A DNA stretch of 64,000 nt from Squalus acanthias (taxonomy: Eukaryota), in NCBI GenBank assembly GCA_030390025.1, contig CM059431.1:146818001-146882000 (forward strand), read 5' to 3'. The notes below the pieces were generated by a model. The model was not told the DNA's origin and searched no databases. It saw only the letters and a program-made list of their open reading frames with translations. Positions 21,401-36,400 of the stretch are shown one piece after another. A program made the position numbers and the translations under genes. Positions within the stretch are counted from its first letter, which is position 1, and each line of letters begins with the position of its first letter.

Positions 21401-24400
21401 CACACTCTGCCAGACCCCAATCCCACGGGTTTCCCATACTCTGTCAGATCCCTTTCCCACGGATTCCCGCACTCTGCCAGATCCCAGTCCTACGGGTTTC
21501 CACACTCTGGCAGATCCCTGTCACAGGATTGCCAAACTCTGCCAGTTCCCAGTCCAACGGAATTTCCGCAGTCTGCCAGTTCCCACTCCCACGGGGTCCC
21601 ACACCCTGCCAGATCAGAGTCCCACGGGTTCCCACACTCTGCCACTTCCCAGTCCCACTGGTGCACGCATTCTGACAGATTCCAGTCTCAAGGGTTTCCA
21701 CAATCTGTCAGTTCCCAATCCCACGGCTTCCCGCACTCTGTCAGATCCCAGTCTCACGGGTTCCCGCACTCTGCCAGTTTCCAGTCCCCCGGTTCCCACA
21801 ATCTGTCTGATCCCAGTCCCACGGTGGCCCGCACTCCGTCAGATCCCAGTCTCATGGATTCCAGCACTGTGCCAGTTCCCAGTCCCACGGGTTCCCACAC
21901 TCTGCCAGATCCCAGTCTCACGGGTTCCCGCACTCTGTCAGATCCCAGTCCCACGGGTTCCCGCACTCTGCCAGTTCCCAGTCCCAAGGGTTCCCACACT
22001 CTGCCAGTTCCCAGTCCACGGATTCCCGCACCCTGCCAGATCCCAGTCCCACGTATCCACACACTCTGCCAGTTTCCAGTACCACGGGTTCCCACAATCT
22101 GTCAGATCCCAGACTCATGGGTTCCCACAATCCGTCTGATCCCAGTCCACGGGTCCCGCACTCTGCCAGATCCCAGTCCCTCGGGTTCCCCAATCAGCCT
22201 GATCCCAGTCCCACGGGTGGGTCCTGCACTCTGCAGTTTCCCAGTCCCACGGATTCCCGCATTGCCAGTTCCCAGTCCCACGGTTTCCAGCACTCTAACA
22301 GTTTCCAGTCCCAAGGCTCCCAAAACTCTGGCACTTCCCGTCTAACGGGTTCCCACACGCTGCCTGATCCAAGTCTCACTGGTTTCCGCATCTGCCAGAA
22401 CCCAGTCCGACGGGTACCCATTCTCTGCCAGATCCCAGACCCACTGGATCCCGCATCTGCCAGATCCAGTCTCACGGGTTCCCATTCTCGCAGATCCCAG
22501 TCCCACGGTTCCCCACACTTGCAAGAATCCCAGTCCACGGTTCCCGCATTCGGCAGATCCCAGTCCCACGAGGCTTCCCACACTCTGGCCAGATCCCAGT
22601 CCCACGGGTTCCCACACCTGCCAGACCCATTCACACGGGTTCCCCCTCTCTGTCAGTTCTGGGTCCCACGGGTTCCCACACTCTGCCAGATCAGAGGCCC
22701 ACGGATTCCCGCAATCTGCCAGTTCCCAGTCTCACGGGTTGCCACACTCTGCCAGATCCCAGTCTCACGGGATTCCGCATCTGACAGATCCAGGTCTCAC
22801 GGGTTCCCACACTCTGTCAGATCCCAGTCTCACGGGTACCCACACTCTGCCAGACCCCAATCCCACGGGTTTCCCATACTCTGGCAGATCCCTTTCCGAC
22901 GGATTCCCGCACTCTGCCAGTTCCCAATCCCACGGGTTCCCACACTCTGCCAGATCCCATTCCCATGGGATCCCACACTCTGCCAGATCCCAGTCCTACG
23001 GGTTTCCACACTCTGGCAGATCCCTGTCACAGGGATTGCCAAACTCTGCCAGTTCCCAGTCCAACGGGTTTCCGCAGTCTGCCAGTTCCCACTCCCACGG
23101 GGTCCCACACTCTGCCAGTTCCCAGTTCCACGTGTTCCCACACCCTGCCAGATCAGAGTCCCACGGGTTCCCACACTCTGCCACTTCGCAGTCCCACTGG
23201 TGCACGCATTCTGACAGATTCCAGTCTCAAGGGTTTCCACAATCTGTCAGTTCCCAATCCCACGGCTTCCCGCACTCTGTCAGATCCCAGTCTCACGGGT
23301 TCCCGCACTCTGCCAGTTTCCAGTCCCACGGGTTCCCACAATCTGTCTGATCCCAGTCCCACGGGTTCCCGCACTCCGTCAGATCCCAGTCTCACGGATT
23401 CCAGCACTGTGCCAGTTCCCAGTCCCACGGGTTCCCACACTCTGCCAGATCCCAGTCTCACGGGTTCCCGCACTCTGTCAGATCCCAGTCCCACGGGTTC
23501 CCGCACTCTGCCAGTTCCCAGTCCCAAGGGTTCCCACACTCTGCCAGTTCCCAGTCCACAGATTCCCGCACCCTGCCAGATCCCAGTCCCACGGGTTCCC
23601 ACAATCTGTCAGATCGCAGTCTCATGGGTTCCCACAATCCGTCTGATCCCAGTCCCACGGGTCCCGCACTCTGCCAGATCCCAGTCTCACGGGTTCCCAC
23701 TCTCTGCCAGATCCCAGTCCCACGGGTTCCAGCACTCTGCCAGTTTCCAGTCCCACGGATTCCCGCATTCTGCCAGTTCCCAGTCCCACGGGTTCCAGCA
23801 CTCTAACAGTTTCCAGTCCCAAGTGTTCCCAAACTCTGGCACTTCCCAGTCTAACGGGTTCCCACACTCTGCCAGATCCCAGTCTCACGGGTTTCCGCAC
23901 TCTGCCAGAACCCAATCCTACGGGTTCCCACACTCTGCCAGTTCCCAGTCCCACGGGTTCCCAAACTCTGCCAGATCAGAGTCCCACGGGTTCCCACACT
24001 CTTTCACTTCCCAGTCCCACTGGTGCAAGCATTCTGACACATTCCAGTCTCAAGGGTTTCCACAATCTGTCAGTTCCCAATCCCACGGCTTCCCGCACTC
24101 TGCCAGATCCCAGTCCAACGGGTTTCTGCACTCTGCCAGTTCCCAGTCCCACGGGTTACCACACTCTGCCAGATCCCAGTCCCACGGGTTCCCACACTCT
24201 GCCAGTTCCCAGTCCCACGGGTTCCCACACTCTGCCAGTTCTGAATCCCACGGGTTCCCACACTCTGCCAGATCCCATTCCCACTGGTACACGCATTCTG
24301 ACAGATTCCAGTCTCAAGGTTTCCCACAATCTGTCAGATTCCAGTCCCACGGGTTCCCGCACTCTGCCAGATCCCAGTCCCACGTGTACCCACACTCTGG

Positions 24401-27400
24401 CAGTTTCCAGTCCCACGGGTTCCCACACTCTGCCAGTTACCAGTCCCCCGGGTGCACGCATTCTGACAGATTCCAGTCTCACGGGTTCCCGCACTCTGCC
24501 ACATCCCAGTCACACGAGTACACACACTCTCTCAAATCCCAGTCCACGGATTCCCGCACCCTGCCAGTTCCCAGTTCCACGGGTTCCCGCACTCCGTCAG
24601 ATCCCAGTCTCACGGGTAGCTGCACTCTGACAGTTTCCAGTCCCACGGGTTCCCACAATCTGTCAGATCCCAGTCTCACGGATTCCCACAATCTGTCTGA
24701 TCCCAGTCCCACGGGTTCCCGCACTCTGCCAGATCCCAGTCTCACGGGTTCCCACTCTCTGCCAGATCCCAGTCTCACGGGATTCCGCATCTGCCAGATC
24801 CAGGTCTCACGGGTTCCCACACTCTGTCAGATCCAGTCTCACGGGTACCACACTCTGCCAGACCCCAATCCCACGGGTTTCCCATACTCTGTCAGATCCC
24901 TTTCCCACGGATTCCCGCACTCTGCCAGATCCCAGTCCTACGGGTTTCCACACTCTGGCAGATCCCTGTCACAGGGATTGCCAAACTCTGCCAGTTCCCA
25001 GTCCAACGGATTTCCGCAGTCTGCCAGTTCCCACTCCCACGGGGGTCCCACACCCTGCCAGATCAGAGTCCCACGGGTTCCCACACTCTGCCACTTCCCA
25101 GTCCCACTGGTGCACGCATTCTGACAGATTCCAGTCTCAAGGTTTCCACAATCTGTCAGTTACCAACCCACGGCTTCCCGCACTCTGTCAGATCCCAGTC
25201 TCACGGGTTCCCGCACTCTGCCCAGTTGCAGTCCCCCGGGTTCCCACAACTCAGTCTGATCCCAAGTCCCAACGGGTTGGCCCCGCACTCCGTCAGATCC
25301 CAGTCTCATGGATTCCAGCACTGTGTCCCGTTCCCAGTCCCACGGGTTCCCACACTCTGCCAGATCCCCAGTCTCACGGAGTTCCCGCACTCTGTCAGAT
25401 CCCAGTCCCACGGGTTCCCCGCACTCTGCCAGTTCCCAGTCCCAAGGGTTCCCCACACTCTGCCAGTTCCCAGTCCACGGATTCCCGCACCCTGCCAGTC
25501 CCAGTCCCACGATCCACACACTCTGCCAGTTTCCAGTACCACGGGTTCCCACAATCTGTCAGACTCCCAGACTCATGGGTTCCACAATCCGTCTGATCCC
25601 AGTCCCACGGGTCCCGCACTCTGCAGATCCCAGTCTCACGGGTTCCCACTCTCTGCGAGATCCCAATCCAACGGGTTACCGCACTCTGCCAGATCCAAGT
25701 CCCACGGGTTTACACACTGTGCAAGTTCCCAGTCTCAAGGGTTCCCACACTCTGTCAGATCCCAGTCCACGGATTCCCGCACCCTATCAGTTCCCAGTCC
25801 CACGTGTACCCACAATCTGTCAGATCCCAGTCTCACGGGTTCCCACAATCTGTCTGATCCCAATCCCACGGGTTCCCGCACTCTGCCAGATCCCAGTCTC
25901 ACGGGTTCCCACTCTCTGCCAGATCTCAGTCCCACGGGTTCCAGCACTCTGCCAGTTCCCAGTCCCCCGGTTCCCACACTCTGCCAGTTCCCAGTCCCAT
26001 GGTTTCCTGCACTCTGCCAGATCCCAATCCCACGTGTTCCCGCACTCTGCCTGATCCCAGTCCCACAGTGTCCCACACTCTGCCAGTTCCCAGTCCCACG
26101 GGTTCCCACACACTGACAGTTCCCAGTCTCTCGGTTTCCCGCACTCTGCCAGATCCCAGTCCCACGGGTTCCCACACTCTGCCAGTTCTGAATCCCACGG
26201 GTTCCCACACTCTGCCAGATCCCAGTCCCACGTGTACCCACACTCTGGCAGTTTCCAGTCCCACGGGTTCCCACACTCTGCCAGTTACCAGTCCCCCGGG
26301 TACACGCATTCTGACAGATTCCAGTCTCACGGGTTCCCGCACTCTGCCACATCCCAGTCACACGAGTACCCACACTCTCTCAAATCCCAGTCCACGGATT
26401 CCCGCACCCTGCCAGTTCCCAATTCCACGGGTTCCCGCACTCCGTCAGATCCCAGTCTCAAGGGTAGCTGCACTCTGCCAGTTTCCAGTCCCACGGGTTC
26501 CCACAATCTGTCAGATCCCAGTCTCACGGGTTCCCACAATCTGTCTGATCCCAGTCCCACGGGTTCCCGCACTCTGCCAGATCCCAGTCTCACGGGTTCC
26601 CACTCTCTGCCAGATCCCAGTCCCACGGGTTCCAGCACTCTGCCTGTTTCCAGTCCCACGGGTTCCCACTCTCTGCCAGATCCCAATCCGACGGGTTTCC
26701 GCACTCTGCCAGTTCCCAGTCCCACTGGTACACGCATTCTGACAGATTCAAGTCTCAAGGGTTCCCACACACTGTCAGATCCCAGTCCACGGATTCCCGC
26801 ACCCTATCAGTTCCCAGTCCCGCGTGTACCCACAATCTGTCAGATCCCAGTCTCACGGGTTCCCACAATCTGTCTGATCCCAATCCCACTGGTTCCCGCA
26901 CTCTGCCAGTTCCCAGTCCCACAAGTTCCCACACTCTGCCAGGTCAGAGTCCCAAGGATTCCCACACTCTGCCAGTTCCCAGTCCCAGGGGTTCCCACAC
27001 TCTGCCAGGTCAGAATCCCATGGGTTCCCACACTCTGCCAGTTCCCAGTCCCACTGGTGCACGCATTCTGACAGATTCCAGTCTCAAGGGTTCCCACAAT
27101 CTGTCAGATTCCAGTCCCACGTGTACTCGCACTCTGCCAGATCCCAATCTCACGGGTTCCCACTCTCTGCCAGATCCCAGTCCGACTGATTGCAGCACTC
27201 TCTCAGATCCCAGTCTCACGGGTTCCCGCAATCTGCTGGATCCCTTCCCACGGGTTCCCGCACTCAGCCTGAACCCAGTCCCACGGATTCCTGCACTCTG
27301 CCTGTTCCCAGTCCCACGGGTTCACAAACTCTGGCATTTCCCAGTACAACGGGTTCCCCCACTCTGCCAGATCCCAATCCCACGGGTTCCCACACTCTGC

Positions 27401-30400
27401 CAGATCCTAGTCTCACGGGTTCCCGCACTCTGCCATTTTCCAGTCCCACGGGTTCCCACACTCTGTCAGATCCCAGTCTCACGGCTTCCCGCACTCTGGC
27501 ACTTCCCAATCCAACGGATTCCTGCACTCTGCCAGTTCACAATCCCACGGGTCCCCGCGCTCTGCCAGATCCCAGGCCAACGGGTTTCCACACTCTGCCA
27601 GTTCCCAGTCCCACGGGTTATCACACTCTGCCAGATCCCAGTCCCACGAGTTCCCACACTCTGCCAGTTCAGAATCCCACGGGTTCCCACACTCTGCCAG
27701 TTCCCAGTCCCACTGGTACACGCATTCTGACAGATTCCAGTCTCAAGGTTTCCCACATTCTGTCAGATTCCAGTCCCACGGGTTCCCGCACTCTGCCAGA
27801 TCCCAGTCCCACGGGTTCCAACACTCTGCCAGTTACCAGTCCCCCTGGTACACGCATTCTGACAGATTCCAGTCTCACGGGTTCCCGCACTCTGCCACAT
27901 CCCAGTCACACGTATACCCACACTCTCTCAAATCCCAGTCCACGGATTCCCGCACCCTGCCAGTTCCCAGTTCCACGGGTTCCCGCAATCTGTCTGGTCC
28001 CAGTCTCATGGGTAGCTGCACTCTGACAGTTTACAGTCCCACGGGTTCCCACAATCTGTCAGATCCCAGTCTCACGGGTTCCCACAATCTGTCTGATCCC
28101 AGTCCCACGGATTTCCGCACTCTGCCAGATCCCAGTCTCACGGGTTCCCAGTCTCTGCCAGTTTCCAGCCCCACGGGTTCCCACTCTCTGCCAGATCCCA
28201 ATCCCAAGTGTTCCCACACTGTGCCAGATCCCAGTCCCACTGATTCCCACACTCTGCCAGTTCCCAATCCCACAGGTTCCAACACTCTGCCAGTTCCCAG
28301 TCCCACGGGTACCCGCACTCTGCCAGATCCCAGTCCCACGTGTACCCACACTCTGTCAAATCCCAGTCCCACGGGTACCCGCACTCTGCCAGATCCCAAT
28401 CTCACGGGTTCCCACACTCTGCCAGTTTCCAGTCTCACGGGTTCCCGCAATCTGCTAGATCCCTTCCCACGGGTTCCCGCACTCAGCCTGAACCCAGTCC
28501 CACGGATTCCTGCACTCTGCCTGTTCCCAGTCCCACGGGTTCACAAACTCTGGCATTTCCCAGTCCAACGGGTTCCCCCACTCTGCCAGATCCCAATCCC
28601 ACGGGTTCCCACACTCTGCCAGTTCCCAGTCCCACGGGTTCCCGCACTCAGCCTGATCCCAATCCCACGGGTTCCCACACTCTGCCAGTTCCCAGTCCCA
28701 CGGGTTCCCACACTCTGCCAGTTCCCAGTCCCACTGGTACACGCATTCTGACAGATTCCAGCCTCAAGGGTTTCCGCACTCTGCCACATCCCAGTCACAC
28801 GTGTACCCACATTCTGTCAAATCGCAGTCCACGGATTCCCGCACCCTGCCAGTTCCCAGTCCCACGGGTTCCCAAACTCTGCCAGATCAGAGTCCCACGG
28901 GTTCCCACACTCTGCCAGTTACCAGTCCCCCTGGTACACGCATTCTGACAGATTCCAGTCTCACGGGTTCCCGCACTCTGCCACATCCCAGTCACACGTG
29001 TACACACACTCTCTCAAATCCCAGTCCACGGATTCCCGCACCCTGCCAGTTCCCAGTTCCACGGGTTCCCGCAATCTGTCTGGTCCCAGTCTCACGGGTA
29101 GCTGCACTCTGACAGTTTCCAGTCCCAAGGGTTCCCACAATCTGTCAGATCCCAGTCTCACGGGTTCCCACAATCTGTCTGATCCCAGTCCAACGGGTTC
29201 CCGCACTCTGCCAGATCCCAGTCTCACGGGTTCCCAGTCTCTGCCAGATCCCAGTCCCACGGGTTCCAGCACTCTGCCAGTTTCCAGTCCCACGGGTTCC
29301 CACTCTCTGCCAGATCCCAATCCCACGGGTTTCCGCACTCTGCCAGTTCCCAGTCCCACGGGTTCCCGCACTCTGCCCTTTCCCTGTCCACGGATTCCAG
29401 CACCCTATCAGTTCCCAGTCCCACGTGTACCCACAATCTGACAGATCCCAGTCTCACGGGTTCCCACAATCTGTCTGATCCCAATCCCACGGGTTCCCGC
29501 ACTCTGCCAGATCCCAGTCCCACGTGTACCCACACTCTGTCAGATCCCAGTCCCACGGGTTCCCACACTCTGCCAGATCCCAGTCCCACGGGTTCCCACA
29601 CTCTGCCAGTTCCCAGTCCCACGTGTTCCCACACTGTGCCAGATCCCAGTCCCACTGGTTCCCACACTCTGCCAGTTCCCAATCCCACAGGTTCCAACAC
29701 TCTGCCAGTTCCCAATCCCACTGGGACACGCATTCTGACACATTTCAGCCTCAAGGGTTTCCACACTCTGCCACAACCCGGTCACACGTGTACCCACGTT
29801 CTGTCAGATCCCAGTCCCACGGGTTCCCACACTCTGCCAGATCCCAGTCCCACGTGTACCCACACTCTGTCAAATCCCAGTCCCAAGGGTACCCGCACTC
29901 TGCCAGATCCCAGTCCCACGTGTACCCACAATCTGTCAAATCCCAGTCCCACGGGTACCCGCACTCTGCCAGATCCCAGTCCCACGGGTTCCCACACTCT
30001 GCCAGTTCAGAATCCCACGGGTTCCCACACTCTGCCAGTTCCCATTTCCACTGGTACACGCATTCTGACAGATTCCAGTCTCAACGTTTCCCACAATCTG
30101 TCAGATTCCAGTCCCACGTGTACCCACACTCTGGCAGTTTCCAGTCCCACGGGTTCCCACACTCTGCCAGTTACCAGTCCCCCGGGTACACGCATTCTGA
30201 AAGATTCCAGTCTCACGGGTTCCCGCACTCTGCCACATCCCAGTCACATGAGTACCCACACTCTCTCAAATCCCAGTCCACGGATTCCCGCACCCTGCCA
30301 GTTCCTAGTTCCACGGGTTCCCGCACTCTGCCAGTTTCCAGTCCCACGGGTTCCCACAATCTGTCAGATCCCAGTCTCACGGGTTCCCACAATCTGTCTG

Positions 30401-33400
30401 ATCCCAGTCCCACGGGTTCCCACACTCTGCCAGATCCCAGTCTCACGGGTTTCCGCACTCTGCCAGATCCCAGTCTCACGGGTTTTCGCACTCTGGCAGA
30501 TCCCTGTCCCACGGTTTCCCACACTCTGCTAATTCCCAATCCCACGGGTTTCCGCACTCTGCCAGTTCCCAGTCCCACGGGTTCCCACACTCTGCCAGAT
30601 CCCAGTCCCACGGGTTCCCACACTCTGCCAGATCCCAGTCCCACTGGTACACGCATTCTGACAGATCCCAGACCCACGGGTTCCCGTACTCTGCCAGTTC
30701 CCAGTCTCACGTGTTCCCGCAATCTGTCAGATCCCAGTCTCACGAGTTCCCACAATCTGTCTGATCCCAATCCCACGGGTTCCCGCACTCTGCCAGATCC
30801 CAGTCTCACGGGTTCCCACTCTCTGCCAAATCCCATTCCCACGGGTTCCAGCACTCTGCCAGTTCCCAGTTCCACGGGTTCCAGCACTCTGCCAGTTCCC
30901 ATTCCCACGGGTTCCCACACTCAGCCAGTTCCCAGTCCCACGGATTCCTGCACTCTGACAGTTCCCAGTCCCACGGGTTCCCCCATGCTGACTGTTCCCA
31001 GTCCCATGTGTTCCCAAACTCTGTCATTTCCCAGTCCCACGTGTTCCCGCACTCTGCTAGATCCCAATCCCACGGGTACCCACACTCTGCCAGTTCCCAG
31101 TCCCACGGATTCCTGCACTCTGCCAGATCCCAATCCCACGGGTTCCCACACTCTGCCTGATCCCAGTCCCATGGGTTCCCGCACAGTGCCAGTTCCCAGT
31201 CCCAAGGGTTCCCACACTCTGCCAGTTCCCAGTCCCACGGGTTCCCACACTCTGTCATTTTCCAGTCCCACGGGTTCCCACACTCTGCCAGGTCAGAGTC
31301 CCAAGAGTTTCCACACTCTGCCAGTTCCCAGTCCCACGGGTTCCCCCAATCTGTCAGATCCCAGACTCACGGGTAGCTGCACTCTGCCAGTGTCCAGTCC
31401 CACGGGTTCCCACAATCTGTCAGATCCCAATCCCACGGGTTACCGCACTCTGCCAGATCCCAATCTCACGGGTTCCCACTCTCTCCCAGATCCCAGTCCC
31501 ACGGGTTCCAGCATTCTGCCAGTTTGCAGTCCCACGGGTTCCAGCACTCTGTCAGATCCCAGTCTCACGGGTTCCAGCACTCTGCCAGTTCCCAGTCCCA
31601 CGGGTTCCCACACTCTGCCTGATCGCAGTCCCACGGGTACCCACACTCTGCCAGTTCCCAGTCCCACGGTTCCCACACCCTGTCAGATCAGAGTCCCAAG
31701 AGTTCCCACACTCTGCCAGTTCCCAGTCCCACGGATTCCCACACTCTGCCAGTTCCCAGTCCCACGTGTACCCACACTCTCTCAGATCCCAGTCCCACGG
31801 GTTCCCGCTCCCTGCCAGTTCCCAGTCCCACGGGTTCCCGCACTCTGCCAGTTTCCAGTCCCACGGGTTCCCACAATCTTTCAGATTCCAGTTTCACGGT
31901 TTCCCACAATCTGTCTGATCCCAATCCCAGGGGTTCCCGCACTCTGCCAGATCCCATTCTCACGGGTTCCCACTCTCTGCCAGATCCCAGTCCCACGGGT
32001 TTCAGCACTCTGCCAGTTTGCAGTGCCACGTGTACCCGCACTCTGTCAGATCCCAGTCGCACGGGTTTCAGCACTCTGCCAGTTTGCAGTCCCACGGGTT
32101 CCAGCACTCTGCCAGATCCCAGTCTCACGGGTTCCAGCACTCTGCCAGTTCCCAGTCCCACGGATTCCTGCACTCTGACAGTTCCCATTCGCACGGGTTT
32201 CCCCACTCTGCCAGTTCCCAGTCCCACGGGTTCCCATACTCTGGCATTTCCCAGTCCCATGGGTTTCCGCACTCTGCCAGATCCCAATCGCACGGGTTCC
32301 CACACTCTGCCAGTTCCCAGTCCCACGGATTCCTGCACTTTGCCAGATCCCAATCCCACGTGTTCCCACACTCTGCCTGATCCCAGTCCCACAGTGTCCC
32401 ACACTCTGCTAATTCCCAATCCCACGGTTTTCCGCACTCTGCCAGAGCCCAGTCTCACGGGTTCCCACACTCAGCCAGTTTCCAGTCTCACGGGTTTCCG
32501 CAGTCTGCCGGATCCCAGTCCTACGGTTTTCCACAGTCTGGCAGATCCCAGTCTCACGGTTTCCCACAGTCTGCTAATTCCCAATCCCACGGGTTTCTGC
32601 ACTCTGCGAGTTCCCAGTCCCACGGGTTCCCACACTCTGCCAGATCCCAGTCCCACGGGTTCCCACTCTCTCCCAGCTCCCAGTCCCACGGGTTCCAGCA
32701 CTCTGCCAGTTCCCAGTTCGACGGGTTTCCACACTCTGCCAGTTCCCAGTCCCACGGATTCCTGCACTCTGACAGTTCCCATTCGCACGCGTTCCCCCAC
32801 TCTGCCAGTTCCCAGTCCCACGGGTTCCCATACTCTGGCATTTCCCAGTCCCACGGGTTCCCGCACTCTGCCAGATCCCAATCCCACGGGTTCCCACACT
32901 CTGCCAGTTCCCAGTCCCACGGATTCCTGCACTCTGCCAGATCCCAATCCCACGTGTTCCCACACACTGCCTGATCCCAGTCCCACAGTGTCCCACACTC
33001 TGCCAATTCCCAGTCCCAAGGGTTCCCACACTGTGCCAGTTCCCAGTCCCACAGTTTCCCACACTTTGCCAGATCCCTGTCCCACGGTTTCCCACACTCT
33101 GCTAATTCCCAATCCCACGGGTTCCCGCACTCTGCCAGAGCCCAGTCTCACGGGTTCCCACACTCAGCCAGTTTCCAGTCTCACGGGTTTCCGCACTCTG
33201 CCAGATCCCAGTCCTACGGTTTTCCACACTCTGGCAGATCCCTGTCCCACGGTTTCCCAAACTCTGCTAATTCCCAATCCCACGGGTTTCCGCACTCTGC
33301 CAGTTCCCAGTCCCACGGCTTCCCACACTCTGCCAGATCCCAGTCCCACGGGTTCCCACACTCTGCCAGATCCCAGTCCCATGGGTTCCCGCTCCCTGCC

Positions 33401-36400
33401 TGTTCCCAGACCCACGGGTCCCGCACTCTGCCAGTTCCCAGTCTCACGGGTTCCCACAATCTGTCAGATCCCAGTCTCATGAGTTCCCATAATCTGTCTG
33501 ATCCCAATCCCAAGGGTTCCCACTCTCTGCCAAATCCCAGTCCCACGGGTTCCAGCACTCTGCCAGTTCCCACTTCCACGGGTTCCAGCACTCTGCCAGT
33601 TCCCAATCCCACGGGTTCCCGCACTCTGCCAGATCCCAGTCTCACGGTTTCTCACACTCTGCCAGTTCCCAGTTCCACGGGTTCCAGCACTCTGTCAAAT
33701 CCCAGTCTCACGGGTTCCCACAATCTGTCAGATCCCAGTCTCACGGGGTCCCACAATCTGTCTGATCCCAATCCCATGGATTCCCGCACTCTGCCAGATC
33801 CCAGTCTCACGGATTCCCACTCTCTGCCTATTCCCAGTTCCACAGGTTCACAAACTCTGGCATTTCCCAGTCCAACGGGTTCCCGCACTCTGCCAGATCC
33901 CAGTTTCACGGTTTTCCGCACTCTGCCAGATCCCAGTCCCACGGGTTCCCACATTTTGCCAGATCCCAGTCTCAGGGGTTCCCACTCTCTGCCAATTCCC
34001 AGTTCCACGGGTTCCCACACTCTGCTAGTCCCCAGTCCCACGGATTCCTGCACTCTGCCAGATTCCAATCCCACGGGTTCCCGCACTCTGCCAGATCCCA
34101 ATCCCACGGGTTCCCACACTCTGCCTTATCCCAGTCCCACAGTTTCCCACACTCTGCCAGTTCCCAGTCCCACGGGTACCAGCACTCTGCCAGTTCCCAA
34201 TTCCACGGGTTCCAGCACTCTGCCAGATTCCAGTCTCACGGGTTCCCACACTCTGCCAGTTCCCAGCCCCACGGGTTCCCGCACTCAGCAAGATCCCAGT
34301 CCTACGGTTTTCCACACTCTGGCAGATCCCTGTCCCACGGTTTCCCACACTCTGCTAATTCCCAATCCAACGGGTTTCCGCACTCTGCCAGTTCCCAGTC
34401 CCACGGGTTCCCACGCTCAGTCAAATGCCAGTCCCACGGGTTCCCGCACTCAGCTAATTCCCAATCCCACGGGTTTCCGCACTCTGCTAATTCCCAATCG
34501 CACGGGTTTCCGCACTCTGCCAGATCCCAGTCCCACGGGTTCCCACGCTCAGTCAAATGCCAGTCCCACGGGTTCCCGCACTCAGCTAATTCCCAATCCC
34601 ACGGGTTCCCGCACTCAGCTAATTCCCAATCCCACGGGTTTCCGCACTCTGCTAATTCCCAATCGCACGGGTTTCCGCACTCTGCCAGTTCCCAGTCCCA
34701 CGTGTTCCCACACTGTGCCAGATCCCAGTCCCACTGGTTCCCACACTCTGCCAGTTCCCAATCCCACAGGTTCCAACACTCTGCCAGTTCCCAATCCCAC
34801 TGGGACACGCATTCTGACACATTTCAGCCTCAAGGGTTTCCACACTCTGCCACAACCCGGTCACACGTGTACCCACGTTCTGTCAGATCCCAGTCCCACG
34901 GGTTCCCACACTCTGCCAGATCCCAGTCCCACGTGTACCCACACTCTGTCAAATCCCAGTCCCACGGGTACCCGCACTCTGCCAGATCCCAGTCCCACGT
35001 GTACCCACACTCTGTCAAATCCCAGTCCCACGGGTACCCGCACTCTGCCAGATCCCAGTCCCACGGGTTCCCACACTCTGCCAGTTCAGAATCCCACGGG
35101 TTCCCACACTCTGCCAGTTCCCATTTCCACTGGTACACGCATTCTGACAGATTCCAGTCTCAACGTTTCCCACAATCTGTCAGATTCCAGTCCCACGTAT
35201 ACCCACACTCTGGCAGTTTCCAGTCCCACGGGTTCCCACACTCTGCCAGTTACCAGTCCCCCGGGTACACGCATTCTGAAAGATTCCAGTCTCACGGGTT
35301 CCCGCACTCTGCCAGATCCCAGTGTCACGGTTTTCCGCACTCTGCCAGATCCCTGTCCCACGGGTTCCCACATTCTGCCAGATCCCAGTCTCACGGGTTC
35401 CCACACTCTGCCAGTTCCCAGTCCCACGGTTCCCGCACTCTGCCAGACCCCAATCCCACGGTTTCCCACACTCTGCCAGATCCCAGTGTCACGGTTTTCC
35501 GCCCTCTGCCAGTTCCCAGTCCCACGGGTTCCCACACTCTGCCAGTTCCCAGTCCCACTGGTACACGCATTCTGACAGGTTCCAGTCCCAAGGGTTCCCA
35601 CACTCTGCTAATTCCCAATCCCACGGGTTTCTGCACTCAGCCAGTTCCCAGTCCAACGGGATCCCGCACTCTGCAGATCCCAATCCCACGGGTTCCCACA
35701 CTCTGCCAGATCCCAGTGTCACGGTTTTCCGCACTCTGCCAGATCCCAGTCCCACGGGTTCCCACATTCTGCCAGATCCCAGTCTCACGGGTTCCCATAC
35801 TCTGCCAGTTCCCAGTCCCACGGGTTCCCACCCTCTGCCAGATCCCAGTCCCACGGGTTCCCACCCTCTGCCAGATCAGAGTCCCAAGGGTTCCCATACT
35901 CTGACAGTTCCCAGTCCCACGAGTTCCCACAATCTGTCAGATTCCAGTCCCACGGGTTCCCACACTCTGCCAGATCCCAGTCCCACGGGTTCCCACACTC
36001 TGCCAGATCCCAGTCCCACGGGTTCCCGCACCCTGCCAGTTCCCAGTCCAACGGGTTCCCGCACTCTGTCAGATTCCAGTCCCACGGGTTCCCACACCCT
36101 GACAGTTCCCAGTCCCACGGGTTCCCACTCTCTGCAAGATCCCAGTCTCACGGGTTCCCGCACTCTGCCAGTTTCCAATCCCACGGGTTCCCACAATCTA
36201 TCAGATCCCAGTCTCACGGGTAGCTGCACTCGGCCAGTTTCCAGTCCCACGGGTTCCCACAATCTGTCAGATCCCAGTCTCACAGGTTCCCACAATCTGT
36301 CTGATCCCAGTGCCACGGGTTCCCACACTCTGCCAGTTCCCAGTCCCACTGGTACACGCATTCTGACAGGTTCCAGTCCCAAGGGTTCCCACACTCTGCT

